Shown: positions 62,513-64,000 of the stretch, piece by piece
How positions within the stretch are numbered: the first letter of the stretch is position 1
Layout of the letters: every line of letters starts with the position of its first letter
DNA from: Bacilli bacterium
GTDB taxonomy: Bacteria > Bacillota_I > Bacilli_A > RFN20 > UBA1709
Direction: 5' to 3'
DNA length: 64,000 nucleotides
Assembly (NCBI GenBank): GCA_050949315.1
Contig: JBMNFL010000001.1
Span: forward strand, 288,001 to 352,000
The notes under the pieces: generated by a model
Databases searched by the model: none
What the model saw: only the letters and a program-made list of their open reading frames with translations
Told to the model about the DNA's origin: nothing
Translations under genes and position numbers: made by a program

Positions 62513-64000
62513 TTAGTAATACCAACCAGTACCAAAGCCGTATTCGAAGATACAGACTGCGTTAGAATCGGTACCACCACCGAAGGCTGCTCCATCTAGA
62601 TAGATGGTGTAGTAAGATTTACCACCAATCTTGGTTGAAGAACCATATTCGGTTGCAGGATCATTCCTATCGGTACGACCATTGAAGAGCGTAGCCATTA
62701 TGGCTTGTTGCATCTGAGTAGCATCACCGCCAGTAGCCGTGACAATACCTTGAGCCGTTTCCTTCATAGCCGCATCTAAATCCCCCTCATACAAAGTCTT
62801 TAAAGCATTGTAAGCAGGAACTTGACTATCGGCATAGGCTACAGCATTTTCGGTTTGTCCTGGATTCAACGCTAAGAAGCCAGCATAGTAAGCATACCAC
62901 TGAGTATAAGCAGCAAATAATTCCCTACTCTTAGTATTAGCATTCAAATACTGATTGATAGGTACTAATAACTGTGAACCGGCGTAACCGACCCCACTAG
63001 CTACTGAAAGGGCTGATGTTTGCTTGGTGGCACCATTGTAATCTACATATGTACCACTGCCGGAAGGATCATCGCCAGCTGCTTTACTGCGGTAGCACCA
63101 AGTATTAACCAGTTGATTTTGATTCTCATCATAGATCCCTAACTCCAACTGAGCACAGGGAGCGTAGGGTCTAAACATGAATGCAAAATTGAAATAGGTC
63201 TCGGCACTTGAAGGTTTCTGCTTCAGGATTGAAGCATTGAAATTCGTATTAATGGCTGTTTGCAAATCGCTCTTAATTTGAGCTACATAAGCAGCAAGAC
63301 CATAAGCTGTTAAGTAGGGCTCATCGCCAAACATACCATTATTGATAACCGTGTTTGTTCCTAAAATCAAGCAGGGATCAAGTCTTATTTCACTAGCTTT
63401 CTCCTTATCAGTTAGAAGATCATAATGTGGAGTATCGTGACGAACTTCATTAGCTGCACCTGCATATAAATTACTAGCCACATCTTCCATGTGTAAGGCT
63501 GCACCACTGCTTAATCCAATATTAGAACTCAGGATTTTAACACAAGCGGTTCCATAACTATAAAGTGAGTTAGACCAGTTTTGATCAGTCTTGATACTCT
63601 TTAGTAAGGAGTAATTGTTCCAGTTGTTATTTGAGTACACAAAGAAGGCGACATTGCTGTGATGAACATTTACGTTATCAGCATTCAACGCAACATCATT
63701 GACATGGATACCACCATAGCCACCAGCATATTCTTCAAACTCAGCCTTGTTAGAACCTCTGATTTCAGTATTGCCTCTAATTTCTAGGTTACTGATGTTG
63801 AAAGTCCCTTGTTCATGGTTTGTAGTACTATGGCTTGCCTCACCAACAACTCTGAAAATGCCGACGTGAACAGAAGGAATGTTATAGCCTTCGCCAGTTC
63901 CCGCATAACCCCACTGTGCATCGTAAGCCGTACTAGCCTTAACTTTATTAATTGCACTAGCATCGATAGTACAGTAGTTACCATTAACAGTTAAAGTCTT
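62513..64000 (-). CDS. Large putative secreted/surface protein, C-terminal part (start lies beyond the window)
   Basis: Minus frame open from 64000 (KTLTVNGNYCTIDAS..) through 63688 to the stop at 62513; rich in N/G/A/T/Y. Confidence 0.75.
   Translation of the reverse strand, partial: KTLTVNGNYCTIDASAINKVKASTAYDAQWGYAGTGEGYNIPSVHVGIFRVVGEASHSTTNHEQGTFNISNLEIRGNTEIRGSNKAEFEEYAGGYGGIHVNDVALNADNVNVHHSNVAFFVYSNNNWNNYSLLKSIKTDQNWSNSLYSYGTACVKILSSNIGLSSGAALHMEDVASNLYAGAANEVRHDTPHYDLLTDKEKASEIRLDPCLILGTNTVINNGMFGDEPYLTAYGLAAYVAQIKSDLQTAINTNFNASILKQKPSSAETYFNFAFMFRPYAPCAQLELGIYDENQNQLVNTWCYRSKAAGDDPSGSGTYVDYNGATKQTSALSVASGVGYAGSQLLVPINQYLNANTKSRELFAAYTQWYAYYAGFLALNPGQTENAVAYADSQVPAYNALKTLYEGDLDAAMKETAQGIVTATGGDATQMQQAIMATLFNGRTDRNDPATEYGSSTKIGGKSYYTIYLDGAAFGGGTDSNAVCIFEYGFGTGWYY

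Noticed and set aside
63784-63994. Two short ORFs at the window end
   Set aside because: They overlap the continuous minus-strand frame of the large surface protein.

Overview
About 64 kb of a low-GC Bacillota chromosome, most like an Erysipelotrichales/RFN20/Acholeplasmatales-type reduced Bacilli genome (inference). It uses standard code 11: TGA terminates ligA, xseB and the Smr gene. The window is almost all housekeeping: EF-G paralog end, tsaEB-rimI-tsaD-queT, asnS, pcrA-ligA-tilS-hpt-ftsH, dusB, metK, hpf, leuS, coaX-panT-pepV-trmB-pncB, pta, ispG, rpmG, efp, nusB-xseAB-tlyA, dinB-xerD-deoB, parE-parC-yqeG-yqeH-yhbY-nadD, plsY, tkt, hup, cca, mtnN and gltX. Non-coding elements are two T-box leaders (Asn, Leu), a SAM-I riboswitch, 6S RNA and two tRNA-Leu genes. 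No CRISPR array, prophage or IS element was seen. The most notable signals are: (1) a ~0.6 kb islet flanked by a degenerate duplication of the asp23 3' end plus terminator, with its own promoter, a pseudoknot-capable leader RNA and an orphan membrane protein; (2) a NadD-YqeK-RsfS triple fusion; (3) pan-motif-like bulged-A hairpins before both coaX and the pantothenate ECF gene; (4) an AT-rich AAA/DUF4143 gene next to a tRNA whose promoter is bracketed by two 37-bp palindromes; (5) a dispersed 26-bp intergenic repeat; (6) an EF-P with a KTAMR loop instead of KPGKG; (7) an unannotated 43-aa membrane peptide. All calls come from reading the sequence; no searches or folding programs were run.
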